Assembly (NCBI GenBank): GCA_964016885.1
Contig: OZ024741.1
Span: forward strand, 136,958,001 to 137,022,000
Source of the DNA: Eledone cirrhosa
Taxonomy: Eukaryota
Length of the DNA: 64,000 nt
Reading direction: 5' to 3'
A model generated the notes under the pieces. The model searched no databases, was not told the DNA's origin, and worked only from the letters and a program-made list of their open reading frames with translations. Within the stretch, counting starts at the first letter, position 1. Each line of letters opens with the position of its first letter. The translations under genes were made by a program, and so were the position numbers. Below are positions 1 to 12,627 of this stretch, piece by piece.

Positions 1-339
1 ATCACTAATATTATCTTGTTCATTCTGAATGTCGTCGTGTGTAAAACCTTCAAAGTCGGTATCGCTACTTTCAGAAGCCATGTTAATAAAAAAAATTTGT
101 TCTACTTTCAAAGTTAAAAAAACACGTGTTGTTTTAGCTTGTTTCACTATATTAAGTGTTAATTTTCGCAATAAGCGCCTAATCTCGCAGTAGTCTCGAA
201 TTGATGAGATTTTGATGATGGTTTGTTTATTTTTAGAACGATATTTTAGTGTAGGTGTTTTCGGGCAGTTTGAACAAATGAAGGGGAAATAATTTCGGCC
301 AATTTTGGGCGGTTTGAACACTAAAGGGTTAAGATGAAT

Positions 340-620
340 TCAGAATAGTGTGGAAGAGAGAAGACTGTGTTGGTACGGACATGGGATGTGCATGGATTAT
401 GATTATTGGGTGAAGAAGTGCCAGGAAACCCAAGTGGAAGGAAGCCACAGAAGAGGAAGACCAAGAAAGTGGTGAGAGCTGATCTCAAATTGCTGAGACT
501 CATAGAGATGATGATGAAGGAATGCAACAAGTCGAGTGGAGAGATGCTGTGCTGAAAAGAACCTATCCAACTCATGCGAGCATGGAAAAATGGACATAAA
601 AACAATGATGATAATGATGA
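340..620 (+). mobile_element. Old RTE 3' fragment
   Basis: Decayed RLRWYGH/CWVKKC-type sequence ending in a gatgat tail. Similar fragments at ~33800-34150 (+), 39760-40435 (-) and 40440-40800 (-). Confidence 0.7.
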
Positions 621-636
621 TTTTAATAGCACTTGC

Positions 637-723
637 CTGATGATGTACGAGAAAATTCTTAATATCTCCATAAAATTTTGAATATTTATTTTTAATTAAG
701 AGTTCACACCATCTGTGTTGTAT
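637..723 (-). CDS. AOPEP: AOPEP-like coding exon 14 (gene continues left of the window)
   Basis: ttgcAG| IQHRWCELLIKNKYSKFYGDIKNFLVHHQ |GCAAGT (cf. VRHRWCELIVKHKF); apparent GC donor. Confidence 0.88.
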
Positions 724-1489
724 CTGCAATACAAAGGATGATTTTAAAAACAAAATGCATGTTTTTAATTTAATTTTATTAAATAAATACTTCATGAAAA
801 TAATTAATTATGTAAAAAGAATTGATTTAATTATTAAAAAAAGAAAAAAAAGGAAAGGAACCAATTGTCAGATTGGACCAAGAAAACTATATTTCCATTG
901 GTTTTTCCATTACTGATAATTATATCATCATCATCATTTAACGTCCATCTTCTATGCTAGCATGGGTTCAGTCACAATTCATGGCAGAGGAGGTGGAATT
1001 TGAACTCTAATACACAGAGCTAGATCAGCCTCCTGTCTGATTCTTTAATAAATCCCCTCAATCCAGCTTTATCCACTTTATTTATTGACCTCAAAAGTTG
1101 ACTTTGGTGAGATTTGAACTCAGAGAACAGGGAGCTGGAACCAATATCAAGGCATTTAATCTATTGTTCTAATAAGTGCCAATTTGCCACCCTTTTCTTC
1201 TTCTTTGCCCACATATTCCTATGAGGGTCATGGGGGCAGAGTCCTCAGTTGTGACTTCCAGAAGCAACTTTCTTCAATTGAACCAGCTGGAACAAGTGAG
1301 ACCAACTGAGCTCGTGGACGTTCCCACCATCTTGCTTGGTTCCTTTTTTTCAAATCATAAATGTACCTTTTTAAATGAATTTGACAATAAAGTATCAGCT
1401 AATAATAGTTTTAACTTTAGAAACATTGAGAAAATTAGAACTTTGAAACGTAGCTCTCACAATATAAATGACTATAATAACAATTTATG

Positions 1490-1745
1490 TTAACTCAGTC
1501 AGAGCAGGACTTTCACCTGCTGAGGCTCTAAGCTGCATGAAATGTGAGGCCCCATGCTTCCCAAAATTTGCCAACAATACGCCTGATATTCTCCCTCCAT
1601 ATACACACATGCATGTAACTGTTTGTATATCATGACCCATACACTGTTCACGTTCCTGACATTTGTACATTATTCTACATACTATACATGCACCTTTGAT
1701 GAGTTGTAGTGCACCTGAGCACTGTACACAATTTTCATTATTATT
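1490..1745 (+). mobile_element. 3' end of a LINE-type repeat with (ATT)n tail (possibly CR1/L2-like)
   Basis: Conserved GATGAGTTGTAGTGCACCTGAGCACTGTACACAA..TTCATTATT. Copies at ~27780-27900(-), 36095-36200 and 40107-40335; the last sits inside an RTE relic. Confidence 0.6.
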
Positions 1746-2774
1746 TATATAAAAATTCTAAATAATTATACATGATTATTATTTTTTATATTAATGTTAA
1801 TGATAAAGCATAAATATTATATATATATATAAAATGTTTGATGATTTAGTGTTAAAGAATAAAAACTAATGATAAAATAAAAAAATGTTTTTAATGACCC
1901 CATCCCCTTTGTGGATGTGTAGCCTCAAGTTATAGCTTATAGATAACTCCAGCATTGTGCTCAGAGAATGATGAATGCAAATTTATATTTTAAAACTTGT
2001 AAAACATTTTCACGAGAAACTAAACAAATTCTAATGAGCAGACAATTCTTTATTAGAATTTTATCATTGCTCATTGAATGCCATATTCATCATTTAACCT
2101 AAACTGCCTGAGACTGCCTTCATTTCTTTTTAAAGTGCTTATATTTATCTAAAAACCTTCCATCATAATGTTAGAAACTATATTAAGTTACACTACAAAC
2201 ATGAGCTTAATGACAAAAAAATGTTAGTTATATTATTTAATCTTCCGCACTCTAGGTTACTTTCAAAATGATTTGAAAATCCTAAGTAGTGTATTTCATA
2301 AGAAATATGGGAATAAATGTTAATGGTTGCTATCAAATTATCATTAATAATTGTTTCTACTTTTGGCACAAAGCCAGCAATTATCCCAGTGTATTACTGG
2401 TACTTTATTTTATAGACCCCGTAAGGATGAAAAGCAAAGTTAACCTCGGCGGAATTTGAACTCAGACCATAAAGGGCCGAACTCTTCGCTGCAAAGCATG
2501 GCGTCTGACCCTCTACCGATACTGCCAATCGACCATCATATTAATAGGGATAATGCCTCAAAAGCATGAGAGATACTGTTTGAATAGTTTTCTCACTTAA
2601 TGTCCTGCACCACATGAAAACTCATTAGCAAGATATTATTGCTTTTTGTCATGACATCTACACGACCACATTAAAATAGTGGATTGAGCATTATAGAATA
2701 AAGAGTTAAGTGATATTTTATACTTAAAATTAATTTAAAAGGATACACTATTATTATATACAATTATTAATATT

Positions 2775-5700
2775 ATTGCTGTTTTTGCTGTATTATTTCG
2801 GCTATTTGCCACGCGGTATTCTACTCTATCGGTTATTTAAGCTTGTTAGCCTTGACGGTGACCCTCAGTGCCCCCCTCTCTATCTCTCTCTATGATGGCT
2901 ACCCTATCTCTAAGCCACCCATTACCTCCCTTTCGCCAATTCCACCTCACTCATCTTGAAGCTATTGAAGAGATAAGACACTTTATCCTTATCTGCTAAA
3001 ATGAATCACTAGAGTTGATTTGGATTCGTTCCAGCCACCCATCCATACAAATTTTTCGAAGGTATCTTAGCTCTTATGACGCTATTATTATTATTATTGG
3101 TTTTTGCTGTATTATTTCGGCTATTTGCCACGCGGTATTCTACTCTATCGGTTATTTAAGTTTGTTAGCCTTGACGGCGACCCTCAGTGCCTACCTCACA
3201 ATTTCTCTCCCACCCACCCCCTCACACCACCATAGCCTATTCGACCAATCAAACCTCAGCATGCCATTTCTACTGCTGCTACTGCTACTACTACTACTAC
3301 TACTACTACCTAACTAACTCTCTCCTCCCCTGTCGCAGCCCAACACACCCTGCTATTATCCCACCACCACTGTTCTTCTAGCCCTCAATTTTCCCACCGT
3401 TATGGATGGATGAGCTGAGAATAAATTTGAGCAACTCTGAATCAATAGATGAAATATGAATCTGCGAGCTACCAAGCACCCATGTGAAGCGCCAACCCAG
3501 AGACCCTTCCCTACGAGTGTCGACAAATGCCCAAAACTCCGAGTTGGTACCATCAATGTAGGCTCAATGAAAGGAAGAGCAGGAGAAATCGTAGAAATGC
3601 TAGAGCGAAAGGAAATTGATGTATGCTGTGTGCAAGAGACTAGATGGAGAGGAGAGTCTGCCAGAGTGCTACAAATTTTTCTTGGTGGGAAATGACGATG
3701 GGATGGGTGGTGTAGGTATACTACTAGCTGACAAGTGGGTAGATAAAGTAATTTCAGTGTACAGGGTAAATGCAAGAATCATTAAACTCAGACTAGTCCT
3801 GAATAAAACAATTACCACAATAATATCAGCTTACGCACCCCAATCGGGGCTGCCAGACGAACTTAAGGATAGGTTTTACGAGTCCCTAATGCACACTACT
3901 GCTCTAACAGACGACAATGACTTCCTAATCATCGCAGGAGATTTTAACGGACACGTAGGTAAACACTGCGACGGCTTCAATAGAGTACATGGAGGCCATG
4001 GGGTTGGCACAAGAAATGAGGAAGGATTCAGACTTCTAGAATTGTGCGACGCCAATGACATGTCGATATGTAACACAAACTTTAAAAAACCCGACAACCA
4101 CCTGATCACCTATAGATCAGGGGAGCACTCCAGTCAGATAGATTTTATCCTCATCAGAGGACGTGACAGATGGACGGTCGTAAACACAAAAGCCTTCCCT
4201 AGTGATGTACATCCCAACATAGCTTAGTTGTCAGCGACCTCACGGTCAGAACTAGACGAACCTGGAAACAGAGGCCAACCTGGAGAAGAAAGATCTGGAA
4301 GCTGAAAGTCCCCTCAACCAGTAACAGATTTAAAGATATTTTACTCAACGCCTACGACAGTAAAGAAGAACAGATAGAGACATTTAATGTAGAAGAGAAC
4401 TGGGAGTTCCTAAAAAATAATTTACTAGAGGTGACGGATGAGGTCTGTGGCTGGAATAAGACCTCAAGCAGGAGGAGAGTGACTTGGTGGTGGAACAATA
4501 AGGTAGATGAAGCAGTTAAGGCCAAGAGACAGGCATGGAAAGAATGGAAGAACGGGGGGAGCAGGGTACATTACATAGAGACCAAGAGGGAAGCTAGGCG
4601 ACAAGTATACTTAGCTAGGAGGGAAGCAGAGGATAGAAAATTCAAGCATATTTTGCAACGTGAGGACCAGAAACAGGAGGTATTCAAGATTGCGAGGCAG
4701 TGTGTCAGAGATAGTTGTGATGTCATTGGAGAGAAGTGTATCCGGAATGATAAAGGTGAGCTTGCCCTCACAAGTGCTGAGAAGAAAGATGCATGGAAGA
4801 GTCATTATGATAGATTACTAAATGAGGAGAATGCATGGGAAAAAGAGACCCTACCCCAAGTAGACCCTATAGAGGGGCCAGCAGTACAAGTCAGCAGCAA
4901 CGTAGTAAGTAAGGCAATCAAAGATATGAAGATGGGGAAGGCAACCGGTCCATCGGGTATAGCTGCCGAGATGCTGAAGGCATCTGGGTCTGTAGGTCAC
5001 ACTATAACCACACGTATTGTTAACCAGGTAATACTAGAAGGTGTCATACCAAAAGATTGGTGCAGTAGCATCATTGTCAACTGCTACAAAGGTAAAGGCG
5101 ATGCACTAGATAGAGGAAACTATAGAGGTATAAAGTTGATGGACCAGGTCATGAAAGTAACAGAAAGAGTTATAGCACAGTTGAGTAGGAACCGGGTGAA
5201 AATAGACGAGATGCAATTTGGGTTTGTACCAGGAAGAGGCACCACTGATGCCCTCTTCCTTGTGAGGCAGTTACAGGAAAAGTACCTAGCTAAAAGTAAG
5301 CCACTCTACTTGGCATTTGTCGACCTTGAAAAAGCCTTTGACAGAGTTCCACGTGCTGTAATCTGGTGGGCTCTTAGAAAACTAGGAGTAGATGAATGGC
5401 TTGTGAAAGCGGTACAAGCCATGTATAGGGGAGCAGTCAGCAAAGTTAGGATTAGCAATGAGTATAGCGAGGAATTTAGCGTACAGGTTGGGGTCCACCA
5501 GGGCTCTGTTCTTAGCCCCCTCCTGTTCATCATAGTCCTGCAGGCAATAACGGAGGAGTTTAAGACCGGATGCCCATGGGAACTCCTGTATGCTGATGAC
5601 CTCGCACTCATAGCTGAATCTATGGTAGAACTAGAGAATAAATTCCAAACTTGGAAGCAGGGACTAGAAAGAAAGGGTCTCAAAGTCAACATGACAAAGA

Positions 5701-6855
5701 CTAAGGTCCTTGTAAGTAGACGAGAAAACAGAACCCAGATCCCCTCAGGGAAATGGCCTTGCTCAGTATGTAGGAAAGGTGTAGGTAGGAACTCCATTCT
5801 CTGCCCCAAATGCAAACAATGGGTACACAAGAGATGTAGCGGTATCTCAGGAAGCTTAATTAAGAATGTAGGCTTCACATGCAGCAGCTGTGCTGAGACA
5901 GCAAGCAGCAAACAGCCACAGAAAACAAGTACCACCAATCTCTGGGAGGGCTCTGTAGAAACAGTAGACAGCTTCTGCTACCTAGGTGACCGAATTAGCA
6001 GCGGAGGTGGGTGTTCAGAAAGTACAATAACTAGGGTAAGAACGGGATGGAAGAAGTTTAGGGAACTACTACCACTGCTAGCTGCAAAAGGCTTCTCCCT
6101 CAGAATGAAAGGCAGACTGTATGATGCGTGTATCCGAACAGCAATGTTGCATGGTAGTGAGACCTGGGCGCTGAAGGTGGAAGACTTACGTAGATTAGAG
6201 AGAAACGAAGCCTGCATGCTCCGATGGATGTGTAACAGTAATATACGTGAACGACAAAGCATAAATGAATTGAGAGAGAGACTGAGCATAAGAGGAATCA
6301 AATGCTGTGTGCAGGAGAGGCGGTTGCGCTGGTATGGACATGTGATGCGTATGAAGGATGACAGCTGCATAAAAAGGTGCAGAGCACTAGAAGTTGATGG
6401 AAACCGCGGGGTGGGGGGACCCAAGATGACCTGGGATGAGGTGATAAAAGCCGACCTTACCCAATTACACCTCTCAAAGGCAATGACACACGACCGTGAC
6501 CTCTGGCGTCACACAGTAATACAGAGTACCCGACCTCCCATGGGTACAAGCTGAAGCATATAGACAATATGCCCCCACACCCCCCACCGCAAGGTGGTCG
6601 TGGAGGTGCCACGGCAAAAAAGCACCCAGCCCACACTGTAGAGTGGACGTGTAGGCGCCACGAAAAAGCACCCAGCACTCACTGTAAATGAGGTTGGTGT
6701 TAGGAAGGGCATCCAGCTGTAGAAATCAAGCCAAATCAGTTCCTGTATGAGCAAGGCATGGTCAGCCGACCAGACACTGCCCACAACAGGACAACCCATC
6801 TAACCCATGCTAGCGTGGAAGAACGGACGTAAAACGGTGATGATGATGATGATGA
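2775..6855 (+). mobile_element. Near full-length RTE-clade LINE (APE + RT), frameshifted
   Basis: APE motifs (GTINVGSM, CVQETRW, SAYAPQ, GDFNGHVG, SQIDFIL) at 3456-4227 with frameshifts near 3660 and 4210. The 707-aa RT ORF 4431-6554 has DLEKAFD, QGSVLSP and YADD. 3' (TGA)n tail; duplicated 5' segment 2775-2870 / 3100-3190. Confidence 0.95.
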
Positions 6856-6929
6856 CACTAATGATTAATTGACCATTATTTTTACATGCTCTACTTAAAA
6901 AAACTACAATAAAATCTAATAATACATAC

Positions 6930-7043
6930 ATCAGGATTAGCACAAGGAATTGCAAACTTTTCACGTATTTTGTCGAGGACATTCTTTGGAAGGGCAACAT
7001 TAAGCAGTAATTCCAGAAACAGCACAATTTGATCCTGACAAAC
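6930..7043 (-). CDS. AOPEP: AOPEP-like coding exon 13
   Basis: VCQDQIVLFLELLLNVALPKNVLDKIREKFAIPCANPD |GTATGT (cf. LLPDQLVLLLEHLL). An alternative in-frame acceptor would start the exon at 7034. Confidence 0.85.
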
Positions 7044-7175
7044 CTTCAAGTAGGTTTATTAAAAAATAAATAAAAACAATAGTTAATATAAAGTGTGGTG
7101 CACTTATGTGCAGAGATGCTATAAAATAGCTTATAAAATAGGGTGAAGACCCTTAAAGAGGGAAAAAGAAGTCAT

Positions 7176-7247
7176 CAGCCACAAGGAATCGAACCTTGTA
7201 TCTCCCAGATACCGGCTAGGTGCTTTGAACCATGAAGCCAAGAGACC
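7176..7247 (-). mobile_element. tRNA-like SINE head / tRNA pseudogene
   Basis: T-arm CAAGG-TTCGATT-CCTTG and an anticodon-like arm CCTAG-CCGGTAT-CTGGG, but the acceptor stem does not pair. Confidence 0.55.
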
Positions 7248-7659
7248 GTGACAACTCTTACTATCTTAAATTAAACAGATAGCTGAATTACAGTTTTAAA
7301 TGTAAAAAAAAAAAACATATACATAGCCAATCTCTCAGCCTTTTACAAATTGCTGAAAGACTAAAGTTAATATAAAGAGTGGTGTGCTCATGTGCAGATG
7401 CTATAAAATAGTTATTTCTAATTTGTCACAAAATTATAGAATAATGTTCATGAATATATTACTTCATATTATCATTTAATCTGTATGATATAATATAAAA
7501 TAAACAATGAATTGCAGAGGTAAATAGGAATAAAGCCAGTGATGGATGTTGTGAACAGAAATGGAATGAAATGGTTGGTTCATGTGTTAACCTTTAGCAT
7601 GCTAGTAATTTTTATGAATTGTTTCCCTTGACACTACATTATCTATTAAGGGGAGATTA

Positions 7660-7698
<39 letters not shown>

Positions 7699-7726
7699 GA
7701 TATATTAACAAATGGAAACTATAATT

Positions 7727-7789
7727 ATTTCATTATACATATTTCAAGGACACCAAGTTAAATTATGGTGTGCTTTCATCAGATAAAAT
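7727..7789 (-). ncRNA. Type I minimal hammerhead ribozyme motif (left arm of an inverted repeat)
   Basis: AUUUUAU-CUGAUGA-AAGcACACCA..UGGUGUcCUU-GAAA-UAUGUAU-A-AUGAAAU. Confidence 0.7.
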
Positions 7790-7869
7790 ATAATATAGAT
7801 CAGTTTTATAAATAAATATTGACATACCCTTAAAGAATGCGACCATTTCTGTTGGAAGCTCCCGGATAG

Positions 7870-7930
7870 TTTATCTGATGAAAGCACACCATAATTTAAC
7901 TTGGTGTCCTTGAAATATGTATAATGAAAT
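7870..7930 (+). ncRNA. Type I minimal hammerhead ribozyme motif (right arm of an inverted repeat)
   Basis: Same core: CTGATGA 7875-7881, GAAA 7912-7915. Confidence 0.7.
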
Positions 7931-8246
7931 AAATATGGTTTTATAAATATAGTTTCCATTTGTTAATATATCGTATTTTTACTACAATAATTTGTTGAGT
8001 GCTTTATATCAGTTATAAAAATATTTGCTTGTTGTATCCCAACAATTTAAATAAATCGTCGTCGTCGCCGCCGTCAGCAGCAGCAGCAGCACTGTTGAAC
8101 ATCCATAGGTTAGACTAGTTTCCCCATTGTGAGACAAGCCAGATCAGATGACCGTGTTTTGCTCATACAGGGCTGATTTTAGCTTGGTTTCTATGACTGG
8201 ATGCCCCCCTAATGCCAACCACCTTTTTGTCGTGACACCTACACGA

Positions 8247-8301
<55 letters not shown>

Positions 8302-9169
8302 TTAAGACACGCAATCTTTTTGCTTTATTGTCCAAACTACCTTTTTGGTTAATTAGGCGGGTGGTGGCTGCTTTTTCTAGCAAATGTGGCATACGCCACC
8401 ATTGGTGCACATCATTGATACGATATTGCAAAATGGTCGATGAAACTCCAGTAGGGACTTTGAAGAAAAAAAATAGGTAATTCTTTGTTTATTCTTTCCT
8501 CACATTTATAATTTGATATGTATATATATATAAGTTAAAACAATGAAATAAAAATTCAAGTCATTAGAAATATACTTCACTGCTTTACAATCGTTTCTAG
8601 GTGATGATAATACATCGTAACCATACTTCGTTATCGATCTATGTAAGGTTAGTTACAAATTATCAGATTTATTTTAACCTATAACATTTTCAACATATGG
8701 ATTACATTGAGTTCTGTTCTTCATGCAGACTAGACCCCACAACTTACTGTGGATATCTCTCTGTATATATATATATATATATATATATTAGGAAGGGCAT
8801 CCAGCTGTCGAAAACCTGCCAGACAGTCCACGCTGTAATGTGGCCGTGTAGGCAACACGGTAAAAACCTCCCAGCCCCACACTGTAAATGTGGTTGGTAT
8901 TAGGAAGGGCATCCAGCTGTAGAAAACCCGCCAGATAGTCCTATGCGAGCAAGACAACCACTCTTGCCTCAAGTGGGAAAACCCCCGTCCAAACCCATGC
9001 AAGCGTGGAACACGGACATTAAACGTTGATGATGATGATGATGATGATGATATATATATATATATACATACACACGTGTAATATATGATGGTGGTAGTCA
9101 CGATAATGATGAATAACTTATTAATTTTATGAAAACTCAAACCAGAAATAAAAAAGAAATTATACACAC

Positions 9170-9262
9170 AGGTTTGAAGGTGAATATATGTGGAGAATCT
9201 GGAGCACAACCTTGCAGTGGTTTCGAATTCTTCTGTACATAATATTTTTCAATGATCTTTAC
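9170..9262 (-). CDS. AOPEP: AOPEP-like coding exon 12 (donor uncertain)
   Basis: gattttcAG| VKIIEKYYVQKNSKPLQGCAPDSPHIFTFKP |GTGTGT; 93 nt, phase 0; weak homology. Confidence 0.5.
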
Positions 9263-9301
9263 CTGAAAATCAAAACAACTATTATTATCTATTTAATTAA
9301 A

Positions 9302-9492
9302 GGGTGGTGGATTGGCAGTATCGGTAGTGTCGGACGCCATGCTTTCCAGCATAGTTACGTCCCTTTACGATCTGAGTTCAAATCCTGCCGAGGTTGACTT
9401 TGCCTTTCATCCTTACGGGGGTCGATGAAATAAAGTACCAGTAATGCACTGGGTAATTGCTGGCCTTGTGCCTAAAGTAGAAACAATTATTA
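9302..9492 (+). mobile_element. tRNA-derived SINE (Meta-SINE-like central domain)
   Basis: Box-B GAGTTCAAATCC followed by GACTTTGCCTTTCATCCTTACGGGGGTCGAT. Copies at ~2350-2535(-), 9506-9690, 26110-26300, 43220-43400(-), 59530-59712 and 63080-63280. Confidence 0.85.
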
Positions 9493-9928
9493 TCTATTTA
9501 ATTAGTGTGGCGGACTAGCAGTAATTGGTAGAGCGCCGGACACCATGCTCCATGGCATAGAGTTAGATCCCTTTTCGTTTTGAGTTCAAATCCCACCAAA
9601 GTTAGCTTTGCCTTTCATCTTTATGGGGTCGATACGACTGACTTTCCCCTTCCCAAAAATTGTTGGCCTTAGGCCTAAATTAGAAACCAATATTATCTAT
9701 TTAATTACTAATTAGTTTATAGTTGTGAAGACATGTGACTTCGTGTTTAGCATGTTTAGGTCATGAGTTCAATTCCCTGACCAGGTGGCATGTGTCATTG
9801 AGCAAGACACTATATTTCATGTTGTTCCAGTTCAAACAGCTTCAGAAATGAGTCGTGATGTCAATAGAGCCAAGCTATATCAACCTTTGCCTTTCCTTTG
9901 GACATCATATATAGTATATGTTGTGTGT

Positions 9929-9959
<31 letters not shown>

Positions 9960-10584
9960 CTGAATATGTGTACAGTGTATATATAGAGTTTATGTAGTTG
10001 TATATATATTATATATATATATAGTCTATATATAATGTATATATGAGTTGCAACAACATTGAAGCCAAGCTGTTTCAGATTATACCTTTATTTTGGACAT
10101 CATGTGTAGTGTATATATAGTGTTTATGTTGTTGTAAATATATATTATATATATATCATGTTTATATAGTGTATATATGAGTTGTGATGACACTGGTGCC
10201 AGCATTTGTCTTTCCCTTGGACAATATTTTATAAAGTGTGTAAATATAGTGTATATATAAGATGCAACGACATTGGTGCCAAGCTGTAACAGACTATGCC
10301 TTTCTCTTGGACAACATCGGTGGCATGGAGAGGGGGTTTACATACACAGGCAAATGCTGGTCTTGGACCTAGGACCAGGATATTCTTCATTAGTGAATGA
10401 TGTCACACCCTTTATTGGGTGCCATCTCCATTAGCAAGTATTGTCTCCACTCAACAGCTAGACTACTATAGACTGCTCTAATGCTAAACAACAGCTCAGT
10501 ACAAGATGGGGTAGTGTATTTTATTACAAACAGGGCAACAAATGAGTGAAATGGGTGAAAGTAAAAAAAATTAAAAGTTCTAAC

Positions 10585-10644
10585 CTGATTGCATACATCA
10601 TTGATAAGCTGTAGCTCTGATGGTATTCTATAGTCCAGTAAAGG
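10585..10644 (-). CDS. AOPEP: AOPEP-like coding exon 11
   Basis: ttattgcAG| PLLDYRIPSELQLINDVCNQ |GTTAGA; 60 nt, phase 0; weak homology, position fits. Confidence 0.65.
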
Positions 10645-11022
10645 CTGCAATAAATATATAGGTGTGCATATATATATATATTTATTTATGTTTGTTGATT
10701 CACCACTGGATAGAACTGGTCATTCCGTATGGTCAACCTCGATGTAATATTAGGGAGAGCACTCGACGTAATGCAACTCACGCATGTTCGTTTGTTATTT
10801 GTGGTGTAAGTACAAAGTTAATTATTATAAAATAACAGGAGGCCATACTGGTGTAATTCCTTAAAGGTTTATTATACTATGAACATTTCAGTGACTGGGT
10901 TCAGTATGAATCTGGTGACATCAGGTATTCGAAATTTAACAAAGGAATATAATCCATGGAGCTGAAAAGGCAGAGTGACAAGAAGGTGGCCACCCATTTA
11001 GCAGTTTCTAGTTCGGTCGGCC

Positions 11023-12627
11023 GTAATATTATACTATACTATACATTTTCAACAGTAATACTATACTATATATTTCCAACAGTAATACTATATATTTTCA
11101 ACAGTAATACTATACTATATATTTCCAACAGTAATACTATATATTTTCAACAGTAATACTATACTATATATTTTCAACAGTAATACTATACTATATATTT
11201 TCAACAGTAATACTATACTATATATTTTCAACAGTAATACTATACTATATATTTCCAACAGTATACTATACTATATATTTTCAACAGTAATACTATACTA
11301 TATATTTAACAGTAATACTATACTATATATTTTCAACAGTAATACTATACTATATATTTAACAGTAATACTATACTATATATTTTCAACAGTAATACTAT
11401 ACTATATATTTAACAGTAATACTATACTATATATTTTCAACAGTAATACTATACTATATATTTTCAACAGTAATACTATACTATATATTTCCAACAGTAA
11501 TACTATACTATATATTTTCAACAGTAATACTATACTATATATTTCCAACAGTAATACTATACTATATATTTCCAACAGTAATACTATACTATATATTTCC
11601 AACAGTAATACTATACTATATATTTTCAACAGTAATACTATACTATATATTTTCAACAGTAATACTATACTATATATTTCCAACAGTAATACTATATATT
11701 TTCAACAGTAATACTATACTATATATTTCCAACAGTAATACTATATATTTTCAACAGTAATACTATACTATATTTTTCAAACAGTAATACTATACTATAT
11801 ATTTCCAACAGTAATACTATACTATATATTTTCAACAGTAATACTATACTATATATTTCCAACAGTAATACTATATATTTTCAACAGTAATACTATACTA
11901 TATATTTCCAACAGTAATACTATACTATATATTTCCAACAGTAATACTATATATTTTCAACAGTAATACTATACTATATATTTCCAACAGTAATACTATA
12001 CTATATATTTCCAACAGTAATACTATACTATATATTTTCAACAGTAATACTATACTATATATTTTCAACAGTAATACTATACTATATATTTCCAACAGTA
12101 ATACTATATATTTTCAACAGTAATACTATACTATATATTTCCAACAGTAATACTATACTATATATTTCCAACAGTAATACTATACTATATATTTTCAACA
12201 GTAATACTATACTATATATTTCCAACAGTAATACTATATATTTTCAACAGTAATACTATACTATATATTTCCAACAGTAATACTATACTATATATTTCCA
12301 ACAGTAATACTATATATTTTCAACAGTAATACTATACTATATATTTCCAACAGTAATACTATACTATATATTTCCAACAGTAATACTATACTATATATTT
12401 TCAACAGTAATACTATACTATATATTTTCAACAGTAATACTATACTATATATTTCCAACAGTAATACTATATATTTTCAACAGTAATACTATACTATATA
12501 TTTCCAACAGTAATACTATACTATATATTTCCAACAGTAATACTATACTATATATTTCCAACAGTAATACTATACTATATATTTCCAACAGTAATACTAT
12601 ACTATATATTTCCAACAGTAATACTAT
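11023..12627. repeat. 27-bp AT-rich minisatellite (~60 units)
   Basis: Unit CTATACTATATATTT(T/C)CAACAGTAATA with 22-bp and 25-bp deletion variants. Confidence 0.97.

Noticed and set aside
7176-7247. Functional tRNA-Thr(GGT)
   Set aside because: The acceptor stem does not pair; better explained as a SINE head or pseudogene.
7323-7352. Possible small AOPEP exon (tttcAG...GTATAT)
   Set aside because: In-frame TGA in the required phase 0 and no homology.
10865-10930. Minus-strand hammerhead-like motif
   Set aside because: The core reads CUGAUGU (A9 lost) and helix II pairs poorly; at best a dead relic.
11023-12627. Regular arrays as possible CRISPR
   Set aside because: Head-to-tail repeats without unique spacers, no cas genes, eukaryotic context.
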